Program-made: the position numbers and the translations under genes
In this document: in pieces, positions 1-10,000 of the stretch
Layout of the letters: each line of letters begins with the position of its first letter
Numbering within the stretch: the first letter of the stretch is position 1
Assembly: GCA_947164865.1 (NCBI GenBank)
Contig: CAMUYA010000016.1
Span: 1,603-65,602, forward strand
Direction of reading: 5' to 3'
DNA: 64,000 bases
Source of the DNA: an uncultured Lachnospiraceae bacterium
GTDB taxonomy: Bacteria; Bacillota; Clostridia; Lachnospirales; Lachnospiraceae
The notes under the pieces: generated by a model
What the model was told of the DNA's origin: nothing
Databases searched by the model: none
The model's input: the letters and a program-made list of their open reading frames with translations, nothing else

Positions 1-2044
1 CCTTCCATGCTTCCCATCCGTCAAACTCATCACTGATGTTAACGATAAGCTTGTTCTCGGCTATTCCCCCGGCATCCCAGCTCTCTCCGTCCAGTCTGAC
101 GAGGGCATATTCTCTGTATCCTTCACCGTATATCTTCTTATCGGCAGAATAGAAAATATCCATGAAAGCGCAGTGCCATACAAGACGCGCCGTGGGCAGG
201 CTCTTGGTGCGGAATGTGAGTTTCATCTTGTCCTCTATCCTGACTCCCTCCGTAGCTGCCGCCCTGTATCCGTCGATCTGGATGTTGGGCAGGTCGCCCT
301 CCGGTCCTTCGATGTACGAAACCTTTTCGGCGATCCTCGGGATATAATCCTCAGATACCGCTCCATCATCCTTGATGATATCAAAATCAAAGAAGTGGCA
401 GTTTTCGCCGGTAAAGCCAAGGTAAGCAAACCTTGAGCTGTCGGGCAGGGCGACGGTGACTGTGGTATCACGGAATTCGCTCTTTATCTTTATCATGATA
501 TGGTCGCTTTGCTTAACGGCCTCAACCTCGTAGTCAGTATTTCCGACCCATTCAGCCGAGCTTCTGCTCTTTATGTCCTTTTGGACTTCTATCTTTCTTA
601 CTCCGCTGTCGTCATAGCGGCCGTCAAACCATACCACCGCATATTCATAATAATTCAGGCTCTTTATTTCGCGCTCCTCATCATGATAGCGGCCGTCCAG
701 CGAATCAAACAGGATCATCGCAGGCTCAAACTCCTCGATGAATTTGTCGTGAGGTCCGCACTTGAAAGTGATGTGTCTGACTTCGTCGCTCATAACGATT
801 CCTTCGGAAACATTATCGCGGAACTTGGTGCTTACCACTTCATTCTTTCCTGCAAACTCTTTTACTTCATCCTTTTCCTGCATCTCAAACTCTGTATCGA
901 GGTCGATGAGATGCTGCATTATCTTAGCAAATCTGGGATCGAACTGAGTTCCCGCTCCCTTAACGATCTCCTCTCTCACATTCTGCTGAGGAATGGGATC
1001 ACGATAGCTTCTCTTTGAAGTCATGGCATCATAGGCATCCGCAACGGCGATGATCCTGGCAATCTCGGGAATATCCTCACCTTTGAGCTTTTCGGGATAT
1101 CCTTTTCCGTCATATCTTTCATGATGATAATGAGCACCTATGCTGAGATTGGGATATTCGGTGATACTGTGCAGGATCTCCGCGCCGAATGCGGAATGAT
1201 CCTGCATTATACGGTATTCTTCGCTTGTCAGCTTCCCTACTTTATTGACGATCTCCTCCGGGATGGCTATCTTTCCCACATCATGTAAAAGCGCTACATA
1301 GTATATTTCTTCACACTCAATCTTGCTTTTTCCGGCCTGTTCGGCTATCTTTCTGGCATACTCTGCCACTCTGGCAGAATGACCATGTGTGTATTTGTCC
1401 TTTGCGTCAACAGCGCTTACAAGAGCTATAGCTGTCTGTTCAAACAGTCGCTTGGCATTCTTGGACTCCTCATCCTTTTTGAACAGGCTTCCCTGGAAAG
1501 AAATGCAGACATAAATAATGGATCCGACTATATAGAGAGCGGCGATGGTATCGAAATAATTCCCGCCTCTGGAATACTCGGTCACAAGCTCCGGGAAAAA
1601 GTATCCGACTATCCAGCAGGCGGTGATGATGACCGTCTCGCTTATCAGCATCACTGCTTTAAGCATTCCGTCCAGAATAAGAGCTATATAGATCGTTCCC
1701 AGCAGCAGCCAGATGGGTGTCCCTCCGGAAACTCCGCCGTTGGTAAAAAACATTCCCGGCAGAAACAGAACCACCAGTATGACCGAGATGACTATCTTTG
1801 CCTGCTTTATGGTACCTGTGCTTACCGCGATAGCAAGATATACCGTAAAAAACAAAGTTCCTGCTGCCGTGGCGAGCGTGGCCATCAGAGGCTCACGCAT
1901 TATAAGCCCACATGGTATTGCCGCAAACAAGGCAAGCAATACTGCCGTTGAAAACAGTATGAAGGCTCTGTCCTTAACATCTATGGACTGATCGTAAATA
2001 TATGCTTTGAATCTGCCGTATTCTTTTTTAAAGATCTTGATCAT
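1..2044 (-). CDS. Membrane-anchored HD-GYP cyclic-dinucleotide phosphodiesterase with a duplicated C-terminal domain (3' end runs off the window)
   Basis: Not in the ORF track because there is no stop in the window. Manual translation from ATG 2044 (RBS GGGAG) is open to base 2. It has several N-terminal hydrophobic helices, then HSARVA, LLHDVGK, HHERYDGKGYP and IIAVADAYDAM, all HD-GYP motifs. Confidence 0.9.
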   Translation of the reverse strand, partial: MIKIFKKEYGRFKAYIYDQSIDVKDRAFILFSTAVLLALFAAIPCGLIMREPLMATLATAAGTLFFTVYLAIAVSTGTIKQAKIVISVILVVLFLPGMFFTNGGVSGGTPIWLLLGTIYIALILDGMLKAVMLISETVIITACWIVGYFFPELVTEYSRGGNYFDTIAALYIVGSIIYVCISFQGSLFKKDEESKNAKRLFEQTAIALVSAVDAKDKYTHGHSARVAEYARKIAEQAGKSKIECEEIYYVALLHDVGKIAIPEEIVNKVGKLTSEEYRIMQDHSAFGAEILHSITEYPNLSIGAHYHHERYDGKGYPEKLKGEDIPEIARIIAVADAYDAMTSKRSYRDPIPQQNVREEIVKGAGTQFDPRFAKIMQHLIDLDTEFEMQEKDEVKEFAGKNEVVSTKFRDNVSEGIVMSDEVRHITFKCGPHDKFIEEFEPAMILFDSLDGRYHDEEREIKSLNYYEYAVVWFDGRYDDSGVRKIEVQKDIKSRSSAEWVGNTDYEVEAVKQSDHIMIKIKSEFRDTTVTVALPDSSRFAYLGFTGENCHFFDFDIIKDDGAVSEDYIPRIAEKVSYIEGPEGDLPNIQIDGYRAAATEGVRIEDKMKLTFRTKSLPTARLVWHCAFMDIFYSADKKIYGEGYREYALVRLDGESWDAGGIAENKLIVNISDEFDGWEAWK

Positions 2045-2083
2045 CTCAGTCTCCCGAAAATAACAAACTCTGAATATATAGAA

Positions 2084-2112
2084 AAAATGTGGTATACATT
2101 ATACCACATTTT
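2084..2112. promoter_or_regulatory. Perfect 13-bp inverted repeat overlapping an extended -10 of the HD-GYP gene (operator, or terminator of the ABC pair)
   Basis: AAAATGTGGTATA-cat-TATACCACATTTT; the minus strand reads TGTGGTATAAT (TGn-TATAAT). Confidence 0.5.
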
Positions 2113-2173
2113 GACTATATAAAGTAAAACATTATTCACAAGGGTCATAAGCCCATTTACCGGAGTAATCCGA

Positions 2174-3970
2174 TCACCTGTAATACTTTGCCTGGGCCTC
2201 AAACATTTCGGCATAAATACCGCCGGGGATGCGCTCAAGCTCATCATGGGTGCCGTACTCGGCGATTTTTCCCCCACTGAACACTGCTATCTTATCACAG
2301 AACTTGCAGCTCGAAAGCCTGTGAGAGATATAAAACGCGCTTCGTCCTCCCACAAGTGTGTTAAACTGTCGATAAATATCATACTCCGCAACAGGGTCAA
2401 GGGCTGCCGTAGGCTCATCGAGGATAACCACCGGTGAATCCTTGTAAAGAGCTCTTGCTATGGCTATCTTTTGCTGCTCGCCGCCGGAGGGCTCAATTCC
2501 CTCTTCGTCAAAGAACTTGAAAATATTTGTATCCATACCCTTATCAAGTTTATTTACGAAATCTTCAAGGCCCACAAGCTCTGTCAGCTCGGCAATGCGC
2601 TTTTTCTCCGCTTCATCCGTCTCTTTGTCAAAGACGATATTATCCGAAAGAGTGAGAGCAAACAGCTTGAAATCCTGAAATACAGGGGCAAACTGCTCCA
2701 TATACTTCTTGTAGTCGTACTCTTTTATATTCACTCCGTCCAGAAGGATCTCACCCTCGGTCGGATCGTAGAGCCTGCAAAGGAGCTTTATAAAGGTCGT
2801 CTTTCCTGCGCCGTTAAGTCCTACGATTGATAGGTGCTCGCCGGGAGCGATCTTTATACTGATATCGTCAAGGATCTTTCTATCCGTTCCGGGATAGCTG
2901 AAGGAAACATGCCTGAATTCTATTTCATGAGGCTTTTTCTCCACAGGCTTATCCCCTTTCGGAAGAGCCGCCGGGTAATTCATAAACAGCACATACTCGT
3001 ATGCGTAATTACATCTTTTTATTATCTCGGTAATATTCCATACAAGACCGCCTAAGGTTGCATCGAGGGCTCCCTCGGAAGCAACAAGCTGACTGAAGAT
3101 ACCTACGCTGTAATAGCCCTTTATAGCAAGCAGCGCTACGTAGAAGTATGCAAATATGCTTCGGATGATTGAGAAAAGATCCAGCATCATCGCATAAGGA
3201 AACTGCGTATCCGCCTGCCATTTCCAGTGCTTATTGCTCTTGTCGGTATTATTCTGCCATGCAGACACAAAAGTCTCCTGCGCTTCGTAAAGCCTTACGT
3301 CTTTTCCATATCTTGGATCGACTATATTCCAGCCAAAGTATCCGAAAAGCCTGTTTACCTTAGACAGCTTACCGAAAGCCTCAAGGCTGATCTTGTTCTG
3401 CCTGGAAACAAGAAACGAATTGATGGCCACATATACCGCCATAACAGCTAAAAGGAGTGGCGCGTGGAGCGCTATTACGGTTACAAATCCGACTATCTTA
3501 AACACATTTCCGATAAACAAAAATACCTGATCCGCGACTCCCTTTACTCCGCCCGAGTACCAGTCCATTCCGGTTCTCGCCTTTTCTATCTGCTCAAGGG
3601 CTGCTTTGTCCTCGGTAAGCTGAAAATCAAGCTCCATTGAATGCTTTCCGATAAGGATATTAAAATAATTGCTTAATTTCTCCCCATACTTATTGAGCTC
3701 TGTATCACATTTATTGATGGTCAGGGAGAAAACTGCCTCTCCGAGAATAATTATCCCGGCATAAATGATCATCTTCTTAAGGTCTCTTGCTCCCACTATC
3801 TCGTCAATAATAAGAGGTGATACAAATATAGCGATAAAGGGCTGGCCGATGGTTGCTAAGGTCTTTATGATCTGAACCACGAAGAATCCCGGGTACTTCT
3901 TTCCTGCCGTTGAAAAAAGAAGGCTTATGGTCTCAAATATCTTTTTAAACTCTTTTTTATTCATTTTCAC
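2174..3970 (-). CDS. ABC exporter, fused permease + ATPase (second subunit of a pair)
   Basis: N-terminal TM helices; Walker A GLNGAGKTT, signature PSGGEQQK, Walker B VILDEPT, H-loop ISHR; 598 aa. Confidence 0.93.
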   Translation of the reverse strand: MKMNKKEFKKIFETISLLFSTAGKKYPGFFVVQIIKTLATIGQPFIAIFVSPLIIDEIVGARDLKKMIIYAGIIILGEAVFSLTINKCDTELNKYGEKLSNYFNILIGKHSMELDFQLTEDKAALEQIEKARTGMDWYSGGVKGVADQVFLFIGNVFKIVGFVTVIALHAPLLLAVMAVYVAINSFLVSRQNKISLEAFGKLSKVNRLFGYFGWNIVDPRYGKDVRLYEAQETFVSAWQNNTDKSNKHWKWQADTQFPYAMMLDLFSIIRSIFAYFYVALLAIKGYYSVGIFSQLVASEGALDATLGGLVWNITEIIKRCNYAYEYVLFMNYPAALPKGDKPVEKKPHEIEFRHVSFSYPGTDRKILDDISIKIAPGEHLSIVGLNGAGKTTFIKLLCRLYDPTEGEILLDGVNIKEYDYKKYMEQFAPVFQDFKLFALTLSDNIVFDKETDEAEKKRIAELTELVGLEDFVNKLDKGMDTNIFKFFDEEGIEPSGGEQQKIAIARALYKDSPVVILDEPTAALDPVAEYDIYRQFNTLVGGRSAFYISHRLSSCKFCDKIAVFSGGKIAEYGTHDELERIPGGIYAEMFEAQAKYYR

Positions 3971-5816
3971 TCACCCCGCTTTCCTCACGATAGTACTGAG
4001 CCTGGGTGTTGAACATATCAGCGTACTCCCCGCCTCTTTCCATAAGCTCGTCGTGTGTTCCGTACTCGATCATCTTTCCGTCCGCGAACATAGCTACGTT
4101 GTCGCAAAATCTGGTAGAGGCAAGCCTGTGGGAAATATAAACCGCACTCTTTGTTCCGACCATCTCGTCGAATCTCTCGTAAAGCGCCTGTTCCGCAAGG
4201 GCATCAAGAGCGGATGTGGGCTCGTCAAGCACAACAATCTTTGCCCCTTTATAAAGGGCTCTTGCAAGAGCCAGCTTTTGTTTCTCTCCGCCTGAAAGAT
4301 CCACACCGTCGTCTTCTACCACATTGGTAAGAGGCGTATCAATACCCTTTTCAAGAGATTTGATCTTATCAAGAAGATCCGCTTCCTCAGCACATTTAAG
4401 CACCTTATCCCTGTCCGTTCTATCCATCTGCTTAAGGGAAATATTCTCTCCAAGAAGAAACGCAAAGATTTCAACATTCTGGAATACCGGTGCAAAAAGC
4501 CTGTAATAGTCCTTTCTGCGGAATCTTCTGATATCCGTTCCGTTAAGCGTAATATACCCCTCTGTCGGATCATAAAGCCTGAGCAGAAGTTTGATCATCG
4601 TGGTCTTTCCCGCCCCGTTAAGTCCTACAACGGCCAGCTTCTCTCCCGGCTTTATCTTTAGATTAAGGCCGGTAAGAGCATCCTTTTCGGCTTTATGGTA
4701 TCTGTAGGATACATTTACGAATTCTATCTCGTATTCATCCGCTTCCGGCACAGGGATCGCATCCTGCTCATCGTCAAATATCTCAAGCTCCATAAAGGAT
4801 CTGAAATCGTCCGTCTCTAAAGAAGCCTTCTTGTAATCTCCGAATCTGTTCAGGAAATTGGTAAGAGCTCCCGAAAAAGCAATAGCCATCGAAAGAAACA
4901 TGGTAAAGTTTCCGACGGAAAGGCTCCTGTTAAAGATCGCCAGATAAAGGGCTCCGTATATGCATGCCTGGATAACGATATAGGTAAGCCTTGCCACTAC
5001 GTTGTATCCAAACCACATATCTTCGTGAAGAGCAATACGCTTATATCTCTTATCGTAGATACCTTTTTGCTTATCAGCAAGAAAAGAGCTGAGACCGTAG
5101 AGACGGATATCCTTGGCGAAATCAAAATCCTGGGTGACTCTTTCCATGTAGTGGGTTTTGCGCCACGTAGTGGAAAGCTTATCCCAGACCTCTTTTTTGT
5201 CTTTTTTTATGATATATCTGTAGTATAAAAACTCGCCGATACTGAGGATGATTATTGCGATGATGAGTCTCCAGTCAAGTACCGTTACCGCAATGAAGGT
5301 CACAACAAGAGTGAATGCGTTCTGCCCAAGCTCACGCATTCTGTTCATCATGCCCTCGACGCCGTTATAATTGCCACCGGTTGCCTCGCTTGCCCTTTCA
5401 GCTATATCCATAACATCAGGCTTTTCAAGCATCTCGAATTTAAGATTAAGTACGCGCTCGATACGCTCGGTTATCATATACATGCGAACGTAGATCAGTC
5501 TGTACCAGAGCTGATTGTTCGAGATCGTATTCCCCAGGGACAAAAGGACTGCTATAGCTCCCGCTATAGCGATGGTTATCAGGAGTTTGTGTATGCTCTC
5601 CTTTTCTCCGAGGCCCGCTGTAATATCATCGATAACAAACTTCCCGAAGATTCCCCAAAAGTACTGGAATACCGACCCGCATACAATGCCGAGCAGGGTC
5701 AGAAAGATCGCCTGCGGGCAGTACTTTGCCATATTTTTAATGATGTATCCGGTATTACTCCATATACCGAATTCTTTGTGCAAAGGATTGTCTTTGCTTT
5801 CTTTATAGTCTGACAT
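3957..5816 (-). CDS. ABC exporter, fused permease + ATPase (first subunit of a pair)
   Basis: GLNGAGKTT, LSGGEKQK, VVLDEPT, ISHR; RBS GGGAGGAG; overlaps the next gene by 14 nt; 619 aa. Confidence 0.93.
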   Translation of the reverse strand: MSDYKESKDNPLHKEFGIWSNTGYIIKNMAKYCPQAIFLTLLGIVCGSVFQYFWGIFGKFVIDDITAGLGEKESIHKLLITIAIAGAIAVLLSLGNTISNNQLWYRLIYVRMYMITERIERVLNLKFEMLEKPDVMDIAERASEATGGNYNGVEGMMNRMRELGQNAFTLVVTFIAVTVLDWRLIIAIIILSIGEFLYYRYIIKKDKKEVWDKLSTTWRKTHYMERVTQDFDFAKDIRLYGLSSFLADKQKGIYDKRYKRIALHEDMWFGYNVVARLTYIVIQACIYGALYLAIFNRSLSVGNFTMFLSMAIAFSGALTNFLNRFGDYKKASLETDDFRSFMELEIFDDEQDAIPVPEADEYEIEFVNVSYRYHKAEKDALTGLNLKIKPGEKLAVVGLNGAGKTTMIKLLLRLYDPTEGYITLNGTDIRRFRRKDYYRLFAPVFQNVEIFAFLLGENISLKQMDRTDRDKVLKCAEEADLLDKIKSLEKGIDTPLTNVVEDDGVDLSGGEKQKLALARALYKGAKIVVLDEPTSALDALAEQALYERFDEMVGTKSAVYISHRLASTRFCDNVAMFADGKMIEYGTHDELMERGGEYADMFNTQAQYYREESGVSENE

Positions 5817-5856
5817 GTAGTGATTACTCCTCCCGTTTTAGATAAGGGCCGAATGC

Positions 5857-5885
5857 ATTATAGCACGACTCACAGTAGAGTTGAA
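5857..5885 (-). promoter_or_regulatory. Putative sigma70 promoter of the ABC pair
   Basis: Minus strand TTCAAC-17 nt-TATAAT with a TGc extension. Confidence 0.45.
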
Positions 5886-6007
5886 CTGTAAATATCTAAT
5901 GTAATTGATGTTTTGGTGGGATAATTCAGCAATTTCTACTTATGGTAGAATTGGGGCCTGTGATCATGGATAATAGCTGAATTATTTATGAAAGGTGTTA
6001 TCGGGTA

Positions 6008-6036
6008 TTGAATCCGGCAATATTCGGTAGTATAAT
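6008..6036 (+). promoter_or_regulatory. Sigma70 promoter of the XRE-Uma2 gene
   Basis: TTGAAT-17 nt-TATAAT. Confidence 0.65.
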
Positions 6037-6084
6037 ATAACTAACGGTAAGATAATAGAGTTTATGATAAAGGGGGTGGCAGTC

Positions 6085-6939
6085 ATGACAATAGAGGAAT
6101 TAAAGAAACTCAAAGAAAAAAAGGGGTATACCTACACACAGATATGTGATCACAGCGGAGTTCCGATAGGTACAATAATCAAAATCTTCTCAGGTCAGAC
6201 ATCAAATCCCAGAAGGTCTACTCTGGATGCAATAGAAAAGATGTTGACTGATCCACAGTACGAGCATCTGGGAAAAAGCTTTTATTACGACGAAAAATCT
6301 AAGCCTACCGTTACATCATATACAAATGTATACGGAGAAAGTGTAGTAAGAGAACCTGTCCCTTTTTACGGCAGTGACATCGGTCCGCATACTGTGGAAG
6401 AATATAATAATCTTCCACAGGGAGTGCGGGTTGAACTGATAGACGGCGAATTCTACGATATGTCTTCGCCCACGCCCCTACACCAGGAGATAGTATATCA
6501 ATTTGCCAAACAGGTGGATCGGTTCATCGACAGTAATAAAGGCAAATGCAAAGTGATCCTTGGCCCGGTGGATGTGCAGCTCGACCTTGATGACAAAACG
6601 ATGCTGGTGCCGGATGTCATGATACTGTGTGATAGAAGCAAACTTCGAGACAGAGTCTATGGTGCTCCGGATTTTGTGCTGGAGGTTCTGTCTCCCTCGA
6701 CTCAAAAAAAGGATTTTGAGAAGAAATGCCCCAAGTACAGGAATGCCGGTGTACAGGAATACTGGATGATCGATTCCTTGAAAAAGATGCTTATCAAGTA
6801 TGACTTTACAGGGGAGGACTATGCACCTTACGTACCGCAGATAATGCCGCTTCAAGGTACCGAACCGATAAACATGTATCATGGGAAATGTATCATCGAT
6901 CTATCGGAGTTTAACAGGATCATCTGCGATTACGAATAA
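6085..6939 (+). CDS. XRE-family HTH fused to a Uma2/DUF820 (PD-(D/E)XK) nuclease-like domain
   Basis: N-terminal HTH (YTQICDHSGVPIGTIIKIFSG); C-terminal ELIDGE..MSSP...HQ, PDV, APDFVLEVLSPST, GVQEYWMID. Start moved from 6064 to ATG 6085, which follows RBS AAGGGGGTG. Confidence 0.85.
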   Translation: MTIEELKKLKEKKGYTYTQICDHSGVPIGTIIKIFSGQTSNPRRSTLDAIEKMLTDPQYEHLGKSFYYDEKSKPTVTSYTNVYGESVVREPVPFYGSDIGPHTVEEYNNLPQGVRVELIDGEFYDMSSPTPLHQEIVYQFAKQVDRFIDSNKGKCKVILGPVDVQLDLDDKTMLVPDVMILCDRSKLRDRVYGAPDFVLEVLSPSTQKKDFEKKCPKYRNAGVQEYWMIDSLKKMLIKYDFTGEDYAPYVPQIMPLQGTEPINMYHGKCIIDLSEFNRIICDYE

Positions 6940-6955
6940 GCCTGACTGTTAATGA

Positions 6956-6990
6956 AAACGCCCTCTCCCATTTGAAAGGAGAAGGCGTTT
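6956..6990. terminator. Likely bidirectional intrinsic terminator between convergent genes
   Basis: AAACGCC-c-TCTCC-loop-GGAGA-a-GGCGTTT with A/T flanks, between the stops at 6939 and 7046. Confidence 0.65.
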
Positions 6991-7045
6991 AATAGGTTAA
7001 AACAATATAACAGATCGAGATCAAACAAGCTTTATTGAATCAATA

Positions 7046-10000
7046 TCAAATAAACCTTATTGAAACAAGATCAAAGCTACTGCCGGGAAGAAAGATGAAC
7101 TTCACATCACCTTTTCCGGTGTAGCCGCTCACTTCAAATACCTGCTTCTCGGGGGCGTTACCACTTCCGGCAGACGGCTGCTTTTCCCCGGCGCCGGCCT
7201 TAAATTCAATTATATCTCTCTTTGAATCGGTTCCGTTATCAAAGAGCACATGGATGGTATTTACCGGAATATGCGATACTCCGGTTATCTCAAGCCTGCC
7301 GGCGGCTTTATCTCCAAAGTCCATATCCTTGAATTCAACGGTCACGTTGTTTCCGATGTTATCTATCCGGTCTGCTTTCTTTTCAAAGCTGTCGCCGTAT
7401 ACCGCATCACATTCGCCCGCATTCAAAAGCTCATAAGCCTTTTCCAGCTTCTTAAATGAAAATCCCGCAAACTGTGCCTTATCGTAGGTCACGAAATAAA
7501 GAGAGCTTACTCCCTTAACGCGGTGCCCCAGCTTATATGTCTCGCTCTGATATTCATTCCAGAGCGCAGGCTTTTCATAGACAACATCAGCCAGCATCTC
7601 ACTTCCTTTTGCATCCGGGAGGCCTTCCCATATCTGCATCGGGAACTTTCCGCCCGAAAGCACAAAGAGAGGAATCGTGATCTCGTCACTTCCGTAGCTT
7701 CCGAAGTCGATATCATCATATCCGAATACAGTCCTGTCGCCCCTTTGGGTGGCGATACCGTGCTCGTTGCCGTTACCCAGCTCGCTGTCGGAATAAGTAT
7801 AGAGACCACCTGCAATAAACCCGTAAGGATCAAGCAGTGCCTGCCCGATTCCCTCTGCGGTAAAGCCAAGCTCCGAAATGACCTTCACTGATTCACATCC
7901 GCATTTGGTCATGCAGCGGATCTTGAAGTATCCGTCTCCCAGAGCCTTGACTGTGGCACTAAACCCTTCCGTTTCAACGATCTTTGCTATATTACTGTCG
8001 ATGCCGGCTTCATCCACAGCTTTCCATATGAGTTCGTCGGGATCTACCGCGCCTGCTGCCGCTTCGGGCAGTATCCGGGCATTGACCTTTATCTTGACAT
8101 AATCAGGAGTGAGCACTCTTTCCTCGTCACACGAGAGTGCTATTTTCCTTACCCTCACGCCGTTTATACGTCTTTCCTTTACTTCGCGGCTACCGGCTTT
8201 TGTTTCGCTGCGGTCTTTTAAATCACTGCCGGTATCTTCCCCATCCTTCTTTTCTGAAAATCTCTCGGGAAGCAGTGACATACCCTCGATATCTTTTTTT
8301 TCAGATACTTCAAGGGTTACTTCCGCGCCCTCAAGCCCTTCTGCCGAGGCGGTTACCTTTATTTTGCCTGTTTCATTTCCCACGGCCGCACATATCAGCA
8401 TCTTTCCGGAAAACAGCCTCTTAAAGCTTCCCTTGTATTCTGCATCATCCGCGGAATCGCCGTTATCAAGGCCCGCAAGATATCCTGCTCCCTCCACCTT
8501 CACATTCACAAGATCGGTCGCATTTTCAACCGGATATCCGTCCTTATCCGTGGCGTATACCTCGATAAATGCCATATCTCCTATGCCTGCGGTGAGCTTT
8601 CTTTCCGGCTCATATACATTAAGCACAAGGTGCGCGCTGTCTCCGAAGGAATGGCGCGTCTGCCTTGCTATCTCTTTTCCGCTCTCATCATAGGCAACTG
8701 CTGTGATCTCGCCTGCTCTGTACTGCGTGATGTAATCCCCGGTGAGTACCTTGCCACTAACGTGATCTATCGCCTTCCTTCCGAGGCTTTCCCCGTTCAC
8801 AAAGAGCTCAACCACAGGGGCATTCGATGCAACCCTCACATCGACAGTCTGCCCTTCGTTGAAATCCCAGTATGGAAATACGTGCACGAAGGGATCTTTC
8901 TTTGCATCTGTCCATGCGGACTTATAGATATAGAATGTGTCCTTGGGAAATCCCGCGGTGTCTATCTGCCCGAAATATGAATTGCGGGTGTGATATGGAG
9001 TGGGCTCTCCGATATAATCAAATCCCGACCACAGGAACTGTCCCATTGAAAAATCGTGATCGCGCTCCGCTATTATGCTGTATTCCGCGTTGGGTGCGCC
9101 CCAGCTTGTGGTGGAATTGCCAAGGCTCGAGCACTGCAGATCATCATCCGCAAGCGTGCTCCTCTTATAGGGGAAGCGGTAAATCCCTCTGCTCTGAACG
9201 GTGGAGCTTGTCTCGCTTCCGAAGATATACCAGTCGGGATGCTCCCTGTGATGCTCATCATAAAGCTTCTCGCCGTAGTTATATCCGGCATATTTTAGGA
9301 TATCCGCACATTTCTGTGCGCCCTCCCATGCCATATAATTGGAGCCTATGCTTATTATGGCATTCCCGAGGGGATCGTTTTCTTTTGCCTCTTTCTGAAG
9401 GCAGCGGGTTATATCCTGGCCGTGAGCATCCTTGTGGGTGTCGTATATCTCGTTCCCGATGCTCCAGATAAATATGCTCGGATGATTGCGGTCGCGCCTT
9501 ATCCAGCTGCGCACATCCCTCTCCTGCCACTCCTTGAAAAAGCGGGCGTAGTCGTATTCTGTCTTGCTGCCCTCCCACATATCGAAGGATTCGTCGCAGA
9601 CGAAAAATCCCATTTCATCCGTAAGCTCAAGCAGACCAACTGCGGGCATATTGTGCGAGGTCCTTATAGCATTTACTCCCATGGTGCGAAGTATCTGCAG
9701 CTTTCTTCTCATGGCTGCCTTGTTAAATGCAGCGCCCAAAGCGCCCAGATCGTGGTGCTCGCACACGCCGTTTATCTTGGTATGGACTCCGTTTACAAAA
9801 AAGCCCTTATCCGTATCAAAAGTAAAGCTTCTGAAACCGAAAAGCCTCTCGTCGCCCTCCCCTTTGGGGGTGCCCGGGGCTAATACGATCTTCTTTTTTT
9901 CTTCCTCTGAGTCCTCTGAAGCAGGCTTTACAAGGGAGCTCTCAGTATCTTCATAATCCTCCTCGGGATCAAAGACAGAGAGCCTGCAGTCATAGAGCTT

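Noticed and set aside
5931-5950. CRISPR array
   Set aside because: There is only one repeat-like hairpin, with no periodic repeats or cas genes anywhere in the window. It is kept only as a low-interest finding.
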